This document shows, in pieces, positions 1-10,795 of a stretch of DNA of 64,000 nt. Below the pieces are notes generated by a model. The model made no database searches. It saw nothing but the letters and a program-made list of their open reading frames with translations, and had not been told where the DNA came from. Source of the stretch: Alphaproteobacteria bacterium (lineage in GTDB: Bacteria > Pseudomonadota > Alphaproteobacteria > SHVV01). A program made the position numbers and the translations under genes. Numbering within the stretch: the first letter of the stretch is position 1; each line of letters begins with the position of its first letter. The stretch lies in NCBI GenBank assembly GCA_965261735.1, contig OZ253470.1:1536001-1600000 (forward strand), in the 5' to 3' direction.

Positions 1-552
1 GACACGGATGCCATGCTCGGCGAACTCGCGCGCGAGCGGCAGCGTAAGCGCGGCGACCCCGCCCTTGGAGGCGGCGTAGGCGGGCTGACCTATCTGGCCG
101 TCGAAGGCGGCGACGGACGCGGTGTTGATGATGACCCCGCGCTCGCCGTCGACGCGCGGGTCGAGTCCCTGCATGTCGGCGGCGGCGAGCCGGATGCAGT
201 TGAAGGTGCCGATGAGGTTGACCGCGATGACCTTGGTGAAGCGTTCGAGCGGTATCGGCCCCTCGCGCCCCACGGCCTTGCCGGGCGTGCCGATGCCGGC
301 GCAGTTGACGAGCACGCGGGCCGGCCCCTGCGCCTCGCGCGCGGCCGCGATGGCGGCTTGCGCGCCGTCCGGGTCGCTCACGTCACACGCGAAACTCGTG
401 CCGCCGATCGCCGCGGCCGCGGTGCGCGCCGCTTCGAGATTGGCGTCGAGAATCGCGACCTTGGCGCCGGCGCGCGCCAGCGCGGCCGCGGTCGCGGCGC
501 CCAGCCCCGAGGCGCCCCCGGTCACGATTACACTCGCTCCGTCAACGTTCAT
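1..552 (-). CDS. SDR family oxidoreductase (3-hydroxyacyl-CoA dehydrogenase type 2-like), runs off window start
   Basis: Manual minus-strand translation from ATG 552: MNVDGASVIVTGGASGLGAATA...VLVNCAGI...INTASVAAFDGQIGQ; TGxxxGxG and NCAG motifs. Absent from the ORF track because it has no stop in the window. Confidence 0.85.
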   Translation of the reverse strand, partial: MNVDGASVIVTGGASGLGAATAAALARAGAKVAILDANLEAARTAAAAIGGTSFACDVSDPDGAQAAIAAAREAQGPARVLVNCAGIGTPGKAVGREGPIPLERFTKVIAVNLIGTFNCIRLAAADMQGLDPRVDGERGVIINTASVAAFDGQIGQPAYAASKGGVAALTLPLAREFAEHGIRV

Positions 553-679
553 CACACCTCTCCCGATCAACTGCGCGGCGAACGCCCGTCATATCAGATG
601 CGGCCGGCGATACGAAAGCGGGGAGCGGCCCTGAACGAAACAGGTTGTCGCGGCCGGCGCCCCGGCCCATATCCGTCTC

Positions 680-1066
680 ATGAACGACGGTGAGGCGGTG
701 GTCGACCGCGAGCGCTCGCAGCGCGACGCGGCAACCGCGCGGCACGGGCTTTGGCCCAAGGTTCGCCGCACCCTCGGGCGCGTGCCCTTTCTCGAGGACG
801 TTGTCGCCGCCTACTTCTGTGCCACCGATTCGCGCGTCCCGCTCTATGCCCGCGCGGTTCTGATGGGTGCCGTCGCCTACTTCGTCGTGCCGACGGACCT
901 GATCCCCGACTTCATCGCCGGCATTGGCTTCGGCGACGACGCGGCGGTCCTGGCCGCCGCTGTCGGCACGCTGCGCCGCCACATCAGCGAGGACCACCGC
1001 GACCGGGCGCGCGCGCTGCTCAAGGACGCGGCCGCCGGCCGGGACGGCGCGCGCCCGGCCGGCTAG
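680..1066 (+). CDS. YkvA/DUF1232 family membrane protein
   Basis: AYFVVPTDLIPDFIAGIGFGDDAAVL signature. Confidence 0.85.
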   Translation: MNDGEAVVDRERSQRDAATARHGLWPKVRRTLGRVPFLEDVVAAYFCATDSRVPLYARAVLMGAVAYFVVPTDLIPDFIAGIGFGDDAAVLAAAVGTLRRHISEDHRDRARALLKDAAAGRDGARPAG

Positions 1067-1080
1067 TACCTGATCGCCGT

Positions 1081-1180
1081 CCCCCTCCCCCTACCCCCTC
1101 CCACCAGGGGAGGGGAAATTATGGCGCGATGTCAGTTTCTTAATCCTCCCCCTTGATGGGGGAGGGTTGGGAGGGGGTGA
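1081..1180. repeat. REP/REPIN-like inverted pair of palindromic units, copy 1
   Basis: CCCCTCCCACCAGGGGAGGGG ... CCTCCCCCTTGATGGGGGAGGGTTGGGAGGGGGTG; related copies at 3118-3217 and 23280-23431. Confidence 0.75.
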
Positions 1181-1187
1181 GACGTTA

Positions 1188-2114
1188 CTACAGCGTGCCG
1201 CCCTCGATCCTGCGGGCGCGCCCGAGCTGCGCCTCGCGGCGCGCGATGTAGAGGGTTGCGCCAACGATCAGCCCGGCGCCGACCCACATCCAGGCGTCGG
1301 GCACCTCGTCGAAAATGAGGAACCCGAACAGCGCCGCCAACGGCAGGCGGGTGTAGTCGAACGGCATCAGTGCGCTCGCCTCGGCGACCCTGAGGCCGCG
1401 GATGTAGCAGATATTGTTGATCCATCCGGTGACGCCGACCACCCCAAGGAGCACCCATTCGCCCGGCGTCGGCGCCCGCCAGGTCGCAATGCCGGGCCCG
1501 ATAGCGACGACGGCCGAGACGACGATGAAATAGAAGATCTGGACGTCCGGGTCCTCGGTCGCGGCGATGCGCTTGACGATAATCATGGAGATCGCCGCCA
1601 TGAGGGCGCCGGCGAGCGCGACGAGGATCGCCGGTTCGATGGCCCCGGTGGGGCGCATCATGATGAGGACGCCGGCGAAGCCGGTCAGCGTGGCCGCCGT
1701 ACGCCGTATGCCGACCGCCTCGCCGAGCAACAGTACCGCGAGCACGATGACGAACAGCGGCCGCGTGAAGCCGTAGGCGATGGCATCCGCGAAATAGAGG
1801 TAGTTGACCGCGTAGAAGGCGCAGAACAGGCTCACCACCCCGAGGACACCGCAGATGAGGTGCGCCCAGGGGTGCTTGGTGCGGAACTTGTGGCGCGGGA
1901 TGCGGGCGACCACGGGCAGCATCAGCACCACCGCGATGACCGTGCGCGCCGAGGTGATCTGGGCGACGTGAAGGGTGGAGCCCAGGCTTTTGGCGCTCAG
2001 GAACATGAAGGTGCCGACGGTCGTCGCCATGATCACCCACAGCCCGCCGCGGATGTTGGGCGGCAGCCGCAGCCAGCGGCGCTCGACGGCGAGGAGCACT
2101 GCGGGACGCGCCAT
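1188..2114 (-). CDS. DMT/EamA family transporter
   Basis: 308 aa, about 10 hydrophobic segments, LLGEAVGIRR and PFDYTRL motifs. Confidence 0.9.
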   Translation of the reverse strand: MARPAVLLAVERRWLRLPPNIRGGLWVIMATTVGTFMFLSAKSLGSTLHVAQITSARTVIAVVLMLPVVARIPRHKFRTKHPWAHLICGVLGVVSLFCAFYAVNYLYFADAIAYGFTRPLFVIVLAVLLLGEAVGIRRTAATLTGFAGVLIMMRPTGAIEPAILVALAGALMAAISMIIVKRIAATEDPDVQIFYFIVVSAVVAIGPGIATWRAPTPGEWVLLGVVGVTGWINNICYIRGLRVAEASALMPFDYTRLPLAALFGFLIFDEVPDAWMWVGAGLIVGATLYIARREAQLGRARRIEGGTL

Positions 2115-2120
2115 TCCGGC

Positions 2121-3074
2121 CTAGATCTCGCGGCTCACGCCGCGCGCTCCGGCGCTCGCCTCCGCCTCGGCGCCGCGCCGCAGCCGCGCCTCGCGGTTGG
2201 TGATGTAGAGCGTGGAGGCGACGATGAGGGCGGCGCCAACCCACATCCACAGGTCCGGCACCTCGGCGAACGCGACGAAGCCGAGGGCGGCCGCGAACAG
2301 GAGCCGGGTGTAGTCGACCGGGATGACGGCGGTAGCCTCGCCGATACGGACCCCAAGGGTGAAGCAGATCACGTTCAGTACCCCGGCCAACGCGAGCAGC
2401 GCCAGCATCCCGAACTCGCTCCACGTCGGCGTATGCCAGGTGAGCAGCGCCGGAACCAGCGTCGCCGCCGCGGAGACAGTGAAGAAGTAGAACAGCTGGG
2501 TCAGGGGATCCTCGGTCCCGGTCAGCTTCTTGAACAATACCGTGGTGATCGCCGCCGAGATCGCCCCGAGTAGAGCCACGAAAGTGGCGACATCGACGCC
2601 TCCGGTCGGCCGGATCATGACGAGCACGCCGATGAAGCCCACGGCCGTGGCGCTCCAACGGCGAATGCGCACGGTCTCGCCGAGGAACAGAACGGCGAGC
2701 ACGATCAGGAACAGCGTCCGCGTAAAGGCGAGGGCCGTAACGTCGGCGATATTGAGCCGCGTGACGGCGAAGAAGAAGCAGGTGAGGCTTGTCACCCCAA
2801 AGATGCCGGCGGCGACATGGGTGAGGGGCCGGTTCGTGCGAAAGCTGCGCCCGGGGGCTGCGAGCAGCACGGGCGCGAGGACGGCCACCGCAATGAGCGC
2901 GCGAACGAAGCTGATCTGGGCCGGATGAAGGCGCGAGCCCAGCAGCTTGGCGATCAACAGCAACAGCGCGGCGAGGAAGGAGGCGATGAGGATCCACAGC
3001 GCGCCGCGGACGTTACCCGGAAGCCCCTGCCATCTCGTGGCCAGAGCGTCGATGGCGGGTGGCGGCATGCGCAC
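2121..3074 (-). CDS. DMT/EamA family transporter
   Basis: FLGETVRIRRW and PVDYTRLLFAA; paralog of its neighbours. Confidence 0.9.
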   Translation of the reverse strand: MRMPPPAIDALATRWQGLPGNVRGALWILIASFLAALLLLIAKLLGSRLHPAQISFVRALIAVAVLAPVLLAAPGRSFRTNRPLTHVAAGIFGVTSLTCFFFAVTRLNIADVTALAFTRTLFLIVLAVLFLGETVRIRRWSATAVGFIGVLVMIRPTGGVDVATFVALLGAISAAITTVLFKKLTGTEDPLTQLFYFFTVSAAATLVPALLTWHTPTWSEFGMLALLALAGVLNVICFTLGVRIGEATAVIPVDYTRLLFAAALGFVAFAEVPDLWMWVGAALIVASTLYITNREARLRRGAEAEASAGARGVSREI

Positions 3075-3117
3075 CTAGCCAGTACTTGGGCGCACAGGAA
3101 AGCGACTCATTATTCGT

Positions 3118-3217
3118 CCCCCTCCCCCTACCCCTCCCACCAGGGGAGGGGCAAATTACGGCGCGATGTCCAGCTCTTAGCCCTCCCCCTTGATGGGGGA
3201 GGGTTGGGTGGGGGTGA
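3118..3217. repeat. REP/REPIN-like inverted pair, copy 2
   Basis: Closely similar to 1081-1180, including the spacer AAATTA(T/C)GGCGCGATGTC. Confidence 0.75.
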
Positions 3218-3241
3218 CACGCGGACCTCCGCAAGCAAGGG

Positions 3242-4189
3242 CTAGGCGCCGATCCCGAGGCGGCCCGCCGTATCCGAGGAGACCGCGCCGCGCCGCAGCC
3301 GGGCCTCGCGGTGGGCGATGTAGACCGAGCTCGAGAAGATGACCGCGGCACCGACCCAGGTCCACAGGTCGGGGACCTCGGAGAAGGCGAGAAAGGCGAC
3401 CAGCGCCGTGAACGGCAGGCGCGTGAAGTCGTAGGGCATGATCGCCGTCGCATCGGCGAGGCGGAGCGAGCGCACCGAGAGGAAGTTGCCGAAAGTCGCG
3501 AGCCCGCCGAGCGCGACCAGCCAGCCGAGCTGGTTCAAGGTCGGCCACTGCCATACGAACGCCACGGGAATGAGCGAGGCCAGCAACATGATGAGGGTGT
3601 TGTAGGCAACCACTGCGTCGGACGGCTCGGTGGTCGCGAGGCGCTTGAGGATGATGACCGAGACGCTGATCAGGGCCGACGAGACGAGCACCAGGACCGC
3701 CGCCAGCTCGATCGTCCCGGCGCCGGGGCGCAGGATGATCAGGGTGCCGATAAGGCCGACCCCGAGCGCTGTCCAGCGCCGCAGGCGCATCACCTCGCCG
3801 AGGAAGATAACCGCGAAAACGGTGATGAAAAGGGGCGCGGTGAAGGCGAGCGCCGTGGCCTCCGCGAGCGGCATCAGCGTCAGCGCGAAGAACCACATGG
3901 TCATGGCCACCGTGCTCAGCAATCCGCGCACGGTGTAGAGGCCGAGCCTGGGCGTGCGCAGGGTGCCGAAGCCGCTGCGCAGGAACCAGGGCAGCATCAG
4001 CAGGAGGCCAAAGAAGGTGCGAAAGAAGACCAGCTCGAGCGCGTGGATCTCGCTGCCGAGGTGGCGGATGATCCCGGTCACGAGCGCGAATATAGCGCAC
4101 GACCCTACCATGTAGAGGGCGGCGCGCACGTTCTTGGAGGCGGGAACATAGCACTCAAGGGGGCTGGCGGAGCCGGGCATGGCCCACAA
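3242..4189 (-). CDS. DMT/EamA family transporter
   Basis: FLGEVMRLRRW and PYDFTRLPF; start codon uncertain. Confidence 0.88.
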   Translation of the reverse strand: MWAMPGSASPLECYVPASKNVRAALYMVGSCAIFALVTGIIRHLGSEIHALELVFFRTFFGLLLMLPWFLRSGFGTLRTPRLGLYTVRGLLSTVAMTMWFFALTLMPLAEATALAFTAPLFITVFAVIFLGEVMRLRRWTALGVGLIGTLIILRPGAGTIELAAVLVLVSSALISVSVIILKRLATTEPSDAVVAYNTLIMLLASLIPVAFVWQWPTLNQLGWLVALGGLATFGNFLSVRSLRLADATAIMPYDFTRLPFTALVAFLAFSEVPDLWTWVGAAVIFSSSVYIAHREARLRRGAVSSDTAGRLGIGA

Positions 4190-4298
4190 GCTATGTCTTC
4201 TCGCTAACCCGCACCACCGTCAAATCCGCATGCCGGTCTTGCGCCTCCGCACGCGCCGGGGCAAGGTGGCAGACCGCGCATCGGCAGGGAGGCGGGCC

Positions 4299-4583
4299 AT
4301 GAAATTCGTCGTCATCGCCCATGATGGCCGGGACAAAAAAGCGCCGGAGCGCCGCATGGCCATCCGAGGCCAGCACCTCGAGGGGGTCGCCAAACTCCAG
4401 GCCAAGGGCCAGATCGAGATGGGCGGCGCGCTCCTCGATGATGACGGCAAGATGGTGGGCTCGATGTGCGTCTTCAATTTCCCGAGCCGCCGGGCGCTCG
4501 ATGCCTACCTCAAGCGCGAGCCCTACGTCACCGGAAACGTGTGGAAGAAGATCACGGTCCTGCCCTTCCGGCGGGCGGTCTGA
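4299..4583 (+). CDS. YciI family protein
   Basis: MKFVVIAHD...RxxxRxxH...[14 protein letters not shown]...EPYV; RBS GGAGG before ATG 4299. Confidence 0.85.
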   Translation: MKFVVIAHDGRDKKAPERRMAIRGQHLEGVAKLQAKGQIEMGGALLDDDGKMVGSMCVFNFPSRRALDAYLKREPYVTGNVWKKITVLPFRRAV

Positions 4584-4623
4584 GCGCGGCCGGAGCGAGG
4601 GCGGCCACGGGCCGGCGGAGGCG

Positions 4624-6588
4624 ATGACCGGCGATTCCCACGCGCCGCTGTGGCGGCCCGCGCCGGAGCGTATCGCCTCGGCCAACCTCACCCGGTTCAT
4701 CGACTCGGTCAACGAGGAGTGGGACGCGGGCGCGAGCGACTACGCGACTCTGTACCGCTGGTCGATCGATCAGCCTGAGAAGTTCTGGCAGTCCCTGTGG
4801 TCCTTCGCCGGCATTATCGCGACCACACGCGGTGACGTGGTGATCGCCGATGCGGGCGAGATGCCGGGTGCGCGCTTCTTTCCCAACGCCCGCCTGAACT
4901 TCGCCGAAAACCTGCTGCGCCGGCGTGACGAGCAGCCGGCGATCCTCTTCCGAGGCGAGGCGGGCGCGCGGCGCAGCCTCTCGTTCGGCGAGCTTTATCA
5001 GGAAGTATCGAGGCTCGCCCAGGGGCTGCAGGCGGAAGGCGTGCGCGCCGGCGATCGTGTCGCCGGCTTCGTCCCCAATCTCCCCGAGGCCGTGATCGCG
5101 ATGCTGGCCGCGACCAGCCTGGGCGCCGTGTGGTCGTCCTGCTCGCCGGACTTCGGGGTCGACGGCGCCATCGACCGCTTCGGCCAGATCGAGCCGACGG
5201 TGTTGTTCACGGCCGATGGCTACTTCTACGCCGGCAAGCGCATCGACTCGCTGGCGCGCGCCCGCGCCATCGCGGATCGGCTCCCCGCGCTCAAGCGGCT
5301 GGTGGTGATCCCCTACGTGAGCGACGCGCCGCCGCTGGACGGCCTCAAAAACGCGGTGCGATGGTCCGATTTCGTGGCCCCGTTCGCGCCCGCCGAGATC
5401 GCCTTCAACCGCCTTCCCTTCAACCACCCGCTCTACATCCTCTACTCCTCGGGCACCACGGGCGTACCCAAGTGCATCGTCCACGGCGCCGGCGGCACCT
5501 TGATCCAGCACTTCAAGGAGCACCTGCTGCACGCCGACGTCAAGGCGGGCGACCGGGTTTTCTACTTCACGACCTGCGGCTGGATGATGTGGAACTGGCT
5601 CGCCTCGGCCCTGGCCTCGCGGGCCACGCTGATCCTCTATGACGGGGCCCCGTTCCACCCCGACGCGCCCGCCCTGTTCGACATGGCGGCGGAGGAGCGC
5701 ATCACCCATTTCGGGACGTCGGCCAAGTACCTCGACGCGGCCGAGAAGGCGGGGCTCGAGCCCGCGCGAACCCACGATCTCGGGGCGCTCAGGACCATCC
5801 TCTCGACGGGCTCGCCGCTGCGGCTCGAGAGCTTCGACTACGTCTACGCGCACATCAAACGCGACGTGTGCCTGGCCTCTATTTCGGGCGGCACCGACAT
5901 CATCAGCTGCTTCGCCGCCGGCAACCCCATCGGCCCGGTGTGGCGCGGCGAGCTGCAGGCGCGCTCGCTCGGCATGCGGGTCGAGGTCTTCGACGAGGCC
6001 GGGCGCCCACGGATGCACGACAAGGGCGAGCTCGTGTGCACCGCGCCTTTCCCCTCGATGCCGATCAGCTTCTGGGACGACCCCGGGGATACCAAGTATC
6101 GCGCCGCCTACTTCGCCACCTACCCGGGCGTCTGGCACCACGGCGATTTTGTCGAGCTTACCGAGCACGACGGCATGATCATCCATGGGCGCTCGGATGC
6201 CGTGCTCAACCCCGGTGGCGTGCGCATCGGCACGGCCGAGATCTACCGCGAGGTCGAGAAGCTGGCCGAGGTGGTGGAGAGCCTGGCGATCGGTCAGGAC
6301 TGGCAGGGCGACGTGCGGCTCGTGCTTTTCGTCAAGCTGCGCGACGGAACGAGCCTCGACGACGCCCTCATCGCCACGATCAAGGGCCACGTCCGCGCCA
6401 ACGCCACGCCGCGCCACGTGCCCGCGAAGATCGTCCAGGTCGCCGACATACCCCGCACCATCAGCGGCAAGATCGTCGAGCTCGCCGTCCGCCACGTCGT
6501 CCACGGGCGCCCGGTCAAGAACCGCGACGCCCTGGCCAACCCCGAGGCGCTCGACCTGTTCAGGGACCTGCCCGAGCTCGCGAGCTGA
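4624..6588 (+). CDS. Acetoacetate--CoA ligase
   Basis: [17 protein letters not shown]-binding motif, [18 protein letters not shown]-terminal ALANPEAL; RBS GGAGG before ATG 4624. Confidence 0.92.
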   Translation: MTGDSHAPLWRPAPERIASANLTRFIDSVNEEWDAGASDYATLYRWSIDQPEKFWQSLWSFAGIIATTRGDVVIADAGEMPGARFFPNARLNFAENLLRRRDEQPAILFRGEAGARRSLSFGELYQEVSRLAQGLQAEGVRAGDRVAGFVPNLPEAVIAMLAATSLGAVWSSCSPDFGVDGAIDRFGQIEPTVLFTADGYFYAGKRIDSLARARAIADRLPALKRLVVIPYVSDAPPLDGLKNAVRWSDFVAPFAPAEIAFNRLPFNHPLYILYSSGTTGVPKCIVHGAGGTLIQHFKEHLLHADVKAGDRVFYFTTCGWMMWNWLASALASRATLILYDGAPFHPDAPALFDMAAEERITHFGTSAKYLDAAEKAGLEPARTHDLGALRTILSTGSPLRLESFDYVYAHIKRDVCLASISGGTDIISCFAAGNPIGPVWRGELQARSLGMRVEVFDEAGRPRMHDKGELVCTAPFPSMPISFWDDPGDTKYRAAYFATYPGVWHHGDFVELTEHDGMIIHGRSDAVLNPGGVRIGTAEIYREVEKLAEVVESLAIGQDWQGDVRLVLFVKLRDGTSLDDALIATIKGHVRANATPRHVPAKIVQVADIPRTISGKIVELAVRHVVHGRPVKNRDALANPEALDLFRDLPELAS

Positions 6589-6600
6589 GGCAGGCGCTAG

Positions 6601-7973
6601 CAGGCTGCTGAAAAAGTCATCATTGCCGGGCCTTGAACTCGGATTCATCGCCGAAATGAAATGAGATTTCGTGTCTTAGGGTGAAACCGTCTTCAATCTC
6701 GACCGATCCGATGCCCTGGGCTTCGTCCAGTTCGATGATCTACCACTTTGCGGTCAGCGGCGTGCCGGCATCGCCCGTCATGTTGGCGCCTCCGCCAGCA
6801 GTCTGGGTAGTCGGACGAGGTTGTAGGCGGCCAAGGCCAGGGTGAACGAAGCGTCGACCCGGTGGCGGCCCCGGAATTTGGTCTTGCTCAATCCCGCGCT
6901 CGTCTTGACCCAGCCGAAGACCTCCTCGATGCGCTTGCGGCAACGTTGGCTGACGCCGTAACCGGGATGGCGCGTCGTGCGCCCGTCTATCTTGGTCTTG
7001 CGCCGCTTGCCGGTCTTGGTGACGTGGTCCTGGACGGCGATATGGGGGGTCACCTTGCGGTGCCGCAGTTCCTCGACAAAATCCGCGACGTCAAAACCCT
7101 TGTCCCCGCCCACCGTGATCCGACGCCGCCCGCCTCTACTCTCCACCGGGCGATGCCTGTCGATCAGATCAAGGGCGGCTTCGCGTTCCGCCGTGCCCGA
7201 CGCAATGGTCACGCCGCCGCCGACTGCCAGACCATGGCGGTTCTCCGTCAGCGCATGGCCCATGTAACACAGCTTGCTTTCCCGGCCATTACCCTTGCGA
7301 TAAAGCCGGGCGTCCGGATCAGTGGTGCTTGCATGGGTCGCGTTCGAGCGTTTCTCGCCATGAAAATCCCGCGCGGCGTTGCGCCCCGATCCCCCGTCGC
7401 CATCGTCCTCACCTTTGGGACGAAAGCTCTTCATCGACGCCCAGGCCTCGATCAATGTTCCGTCTACCGAAAAATGATCCCGGCTCAATAGTCCCCCTAC
7501 CTTGTGGTGCTGGATAACCCCCGCAAGCAGCTGCCCCGAAACCTCCGCCTCCAGAAGACGGTCCCGGTTGTGGCAGAACGCGCTGGCGTCCCACACGCCA
7601 TCGTCCAGCCCAAGCCCCACAAACCAGCAAAACAGCATGTTGAAGTTTAGCTGCTCCATCAGCTGACGCTCCGAGCGGATCGAATAAAACGCCTGCAACA
7701 GTAACGCTCGAAGAAGCTTCTCCGGCGGGATCGATGGGCGACCCATGTGGGAATAAAGCGTCTCGAACTCCGAAGATAGAGACCCCAATACGTCGTTCAC
7801 GATCTCACGGATCAGACGCAGCGGATGATCATCCGGAACACGCTCTTCCAAGTCTACGTAGCTGAATAAATTGCCACTGCTTTGATCTCGACCCCGCATG
7901 CCATCCTCCATCACTCGAAGAAATCACAGAATCATGTCACAACTGCAAAGGCGAGGACTTTTTCAGCAGCCTG
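6601..7973 (-). mobile_element. IS5 family element, copy 1
   Basis: 18-bp perfect IRs CAGGCTGCTGAAAAAGTC / GACTTTTTCAGCAGCCTG; CTAG duplicated at 6597-6600 and 7974-7977. Confidence 0.95.
6778..7914 (-). CDS. IS5 family DDE transposase
   Basis: GRPSIPPEKLLRALLLQ, SVDGTLI, GDKGFD, RKRIEEVFGW. Confidence 0.93.
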   Translation of the reverse strand: MMEDGMRGRDQSSGNLFSYVDLEERVPDDHPLRLIREIVNDVLGSLSSEFETLYSHMGRPSIPPEKLLRALLLQAFYSIRSERQLMEQLNFNMLFCWFVGLGLDDGVWDASAFCHNRDRLLEAEVSGQLLAGVIQHHKVGGLLSRDHFSVDGTLIEAWASMKSFRPKGEDDGDGGSGRNAARDFHGEKRSNATHASTTDPDARLYRKGNGRESKLCYMGHALTENRHGLAVGGGVTIASGTAEREAALDLIDRHRPVESRGGRRRITVGGDKGFDVADFVEELRHRKVTPHIAVQDHVTKTGKRRKTKIDGRTTRHPGYGVSQRCRKRIEEVFGWVKTSAGLSKTKFRGRHRVDASFTLALAAYNLVRLPRLLAEAPT

Positions 7974-8524
7974 CTAGTGCGCTATTTTCGTATGTGAGCG
8001 AGCGCCTCGGCCGGGACCAGGTTCAGGCTTCCCGCGGCATCGCCCGGGCGCAACCAGAAGAGCTTGAGCGTCGAGGTGTTGCGCTTCTCGTAGTACAGGA
8101 TCGAGATCGGATACCAGCCGGCCTCGGCGATCGCGACCTCGACGGTGTCGGAATACTGGTCCGAGTGGACGAGAGGATCGTTGATTACCCGTTTGCCGCC
8201 GATGTTGACGCGCACCCCGTCATTGGACAGAGCCGCGAACGCGTAGGTGCCGGGCTCTTCGAAACGGATGAGGCCGCGGATGTCGGCACCGACGCCGTCG
8301 GTCTGGCTGCTCGACAGCACCTCGCCGGCACCGACCTTGTAATCGAGCACCGGCAACGGCCTTCCGACCTCGCCCTTCTCGTATTTCGCCCACTGCGAAA
8401 TCTCGTCCACATCGTTGAAGATCGAGTAGTAGTAGGTAACCGATGGGGTGGACGCCCCTCCCGACGGCATCGCGATGTGCCAGGTTGGCGGTGTTGTTAA
8501 CGCCAAGCGAGGAAGGGGGCGTCC

Positions 8525-9547
8525 ATGGAACAGGTTCACATGATCGGGATCGATCTGGCGAAGAACAGCTTTCAGCTGCACGGTGCGCGGGCGGATGGGT
8601 TGGTTGCGTTCCGCAAGAAGCTGAGCCGGGCGAAGCTGTTGGACTTTGTGGCTGCGCAGCCACGCTGCACGGTGGCGATGGAGGCGTGCGGCGGCGCGCA
8701 CCATTGGGGCCGGGAGATCGGCAGTCTCGGCCATGCGGTGCGACTGATCCCACCGATCTACGTCAAAGCGTACGTCAAGCGGCAAAAGAACGACGCGTCG
8801 GATGCGGAGGCGATCTGCGAGGCGTCGTCGCGGCCGACCATGCGCTTTGTGGCTGTGAAGACGGAGGAACAGCAGGCTCGGGGCATGCTGTTCCGGACGC
8901 GCGATCTTCTGGTGCGCCAGCGCACCCAGACGATTAATGCGCTGCGCGGCCATCTGGCGGAGTTCGGTGTCATTGCCCCGCAGGGGCCGGCTCATGTCGG
9001 CCGGCTGGCCTCGGCGCTTGAGGGACCGGCTTCGAGGTTGCCGGAAGCGGTCCGCGAGCTGGCCGGCCTTCTGCTTGAGCAGATCGCCGGCCTCGATGCG
9101 AAGATTGCGGGCCTGGAGAGGGAGGTCCACGTGAGAGCACGGCAGGATGAGGAGGCGAGGCGCCTGATGAGCGTGCCGGGGATCGGGCCGATCAGCGCGA
9201 TGGCAATCCAGGCCTTCGCACCGCCGATGGAGAGTTTCCGGCGCGGCCGCGACTTCTCCGCTTGGCTCGGCCTCGTGCCGCGCCAGCACACGACCGGCGG
9301 CAAGCCGAAGCTGGGCAAGATATCGAAGATGGGCCAGCGCGATCTGAGACGGCTGCTGATCACAGGCGCGATGACTGTGGTCCGCTGGGCGGTTCGGCGC
9401 GGCGTGACGACGGACCCCTGGCTGGCCGGGATGCTGGCGCGCAAGCCGAGGATGCTCGTCGCGGTGGCGCTGGCCAACAGGATGGCGCGCATCGTCTGGG
9501 CGCTACTGACGAAGAAGGAGAGCTACCGGGCTCCCGCCACCGCCTGA
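8525..9547 (+). CDS. IS110 family DEDD recombinase/transposase
   Basis: IGIDLAK, VAMEACG, KNDASDAEAI, SAWLGLVP, TTGGK. Confidence 0.95.
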   Translation: MEQVHMIGIDLAKNSFQLHGARADGLVAFRKKLSRAKLLDFVAAQPRCTVAMEACGGAHHWGREIGSLGHAVRLIPPIYVKAYVKRQKNDASDAEAICEASSRPTMRFVAVKTEEQQARGMLFRTRDLLVRQRTQTINALRGHLAEFGVIAPQGPAHVGRLASALEGPASRLPEAVRELAGLLLEQIAGLDAKIAGLEREVHVRARQDEEARRLMSVPGIGPISAMAIQAFAPPMESFRRGRDFSAWLGLVPRQHTTGGKPKLGKISKMGQRDLRRLLITGAMTVVRWAVRRGVTTDPWLAGMLARKPRMLVAVALANRMARIVWALLTKKESYRAPATA

Positions 9548-9790
9548 GAGAACGGCGAAGTGCGGGAAGCCGTCGGGGATGTGGGCACGACGGAGGACAG
9601 GTAAGGGCAAAGGTCAACGAGACCGGGTTGGGAAAACCAGCATCCGAACGGAGAGCTTTCAAGCTCGCGTAACCGATTTGGACCCAATCCGCGTATCTCC
9701 ATACGGGCCCGCGGCGTGTCATCTGCCGCATAGAGAGGCCGGACACACGACAGCACCTGACCGCATGCACCGAGCCGATCAAAAACTGCT
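9548..9790 (+). ncRNA. Putative bridge/seek RNA of IS1111-type element, copy 1; ends approximate
   Basis: Stem-flanked internal loops hold segments matching the target (CGAAC 9645-9649, CGTAACCG 9668-9675) and the donor junction (CCAT 9699-9702, ACACACG 9743-9749). Confidence 0.7.
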
Positions 9791-10119
9791 TGCATCAACG
9801 GGGGCGTCCACACACGATAAGCTGAGCACGAGGTTGGTGGCCGCCGGCTGCCGTTCGAGGGGCTTAAGCCCGGCCATGCCCTGGGCCCAAACCCCGCCCG
9901 TCGCGGCGAACGCGAGGAGGGCCCCCAAGGTAGCGGCCCGGGCGCCGCGAGAGCGGATGGGTGCCATGTCTCCTCTCCCTCTTTGGTCGCCCGGCCGTCT
10001 TGCGCGGCAGGTGCCGTAAACTATAGCGATCGGTCCTCCGCCGTGCCAGTGGGCCAACGGAGATGGTGACAGCGCTGCGGACGCATTAGGGTAGTAAGAG
10101 GGGGGGTAGCGTTTTCCCC

Positions 10120-10742
<623 letters not shown>

Positions 10743-10795
10743 CTTGCCTATCCGGTTAATGCCCATGACCGCTACATGTAGGGTGCCACCACTCT
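10743..10795 (-). mobile_element. IS1595 right-end remnant (53 bp)
   Basis: CTTGCCTATCCGGTTAATGCCCATGACCGCTACATGTAGGGTGCCACCACTCT matches 38835 onward with 2 mismatches. Confidence 0.85.

Larger units (their letters stand above)
8443..9816 (+). mobile_element. IS110 family (IS1111-type) element, copy 1
   Basis: Subterminal IRs GTGGACGCCCC / GGGGCGTCCAC, CG core on both sides (8441-8442, 9815-9816), long 3' non-coding end; 1374 bp, same length as copy 2. Confidence 0.93.
7982..9967 (-). pseudogene. Secreted PA14-domain-like protein interrupted by IS110
   Basis: Removing the IS rejoins the signal-peptide N-terminus MAPIRSRGARAATLGALLAFAATGGVWAQ...LVLSLS in frame with VTYYYSIF...SNDGVRVNIGG...GWYPISILYYE. 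Confidence 0.8.

Noticed and set aside
1132-6648. Long alternate-frame and antisense ORFs (e.g. 1132-2997, 1167-2573, 4552-6648)
   Set aside because: Shadow ORFs of GC-rich coding DNA; no motifs, and they overlap well-supported genes.
7982-9289. 435-aa minus-strand ORF
   Set aside because: Antisense IS110 sequence reading into the PA14 C-terminal half; an artefact of the insertion.
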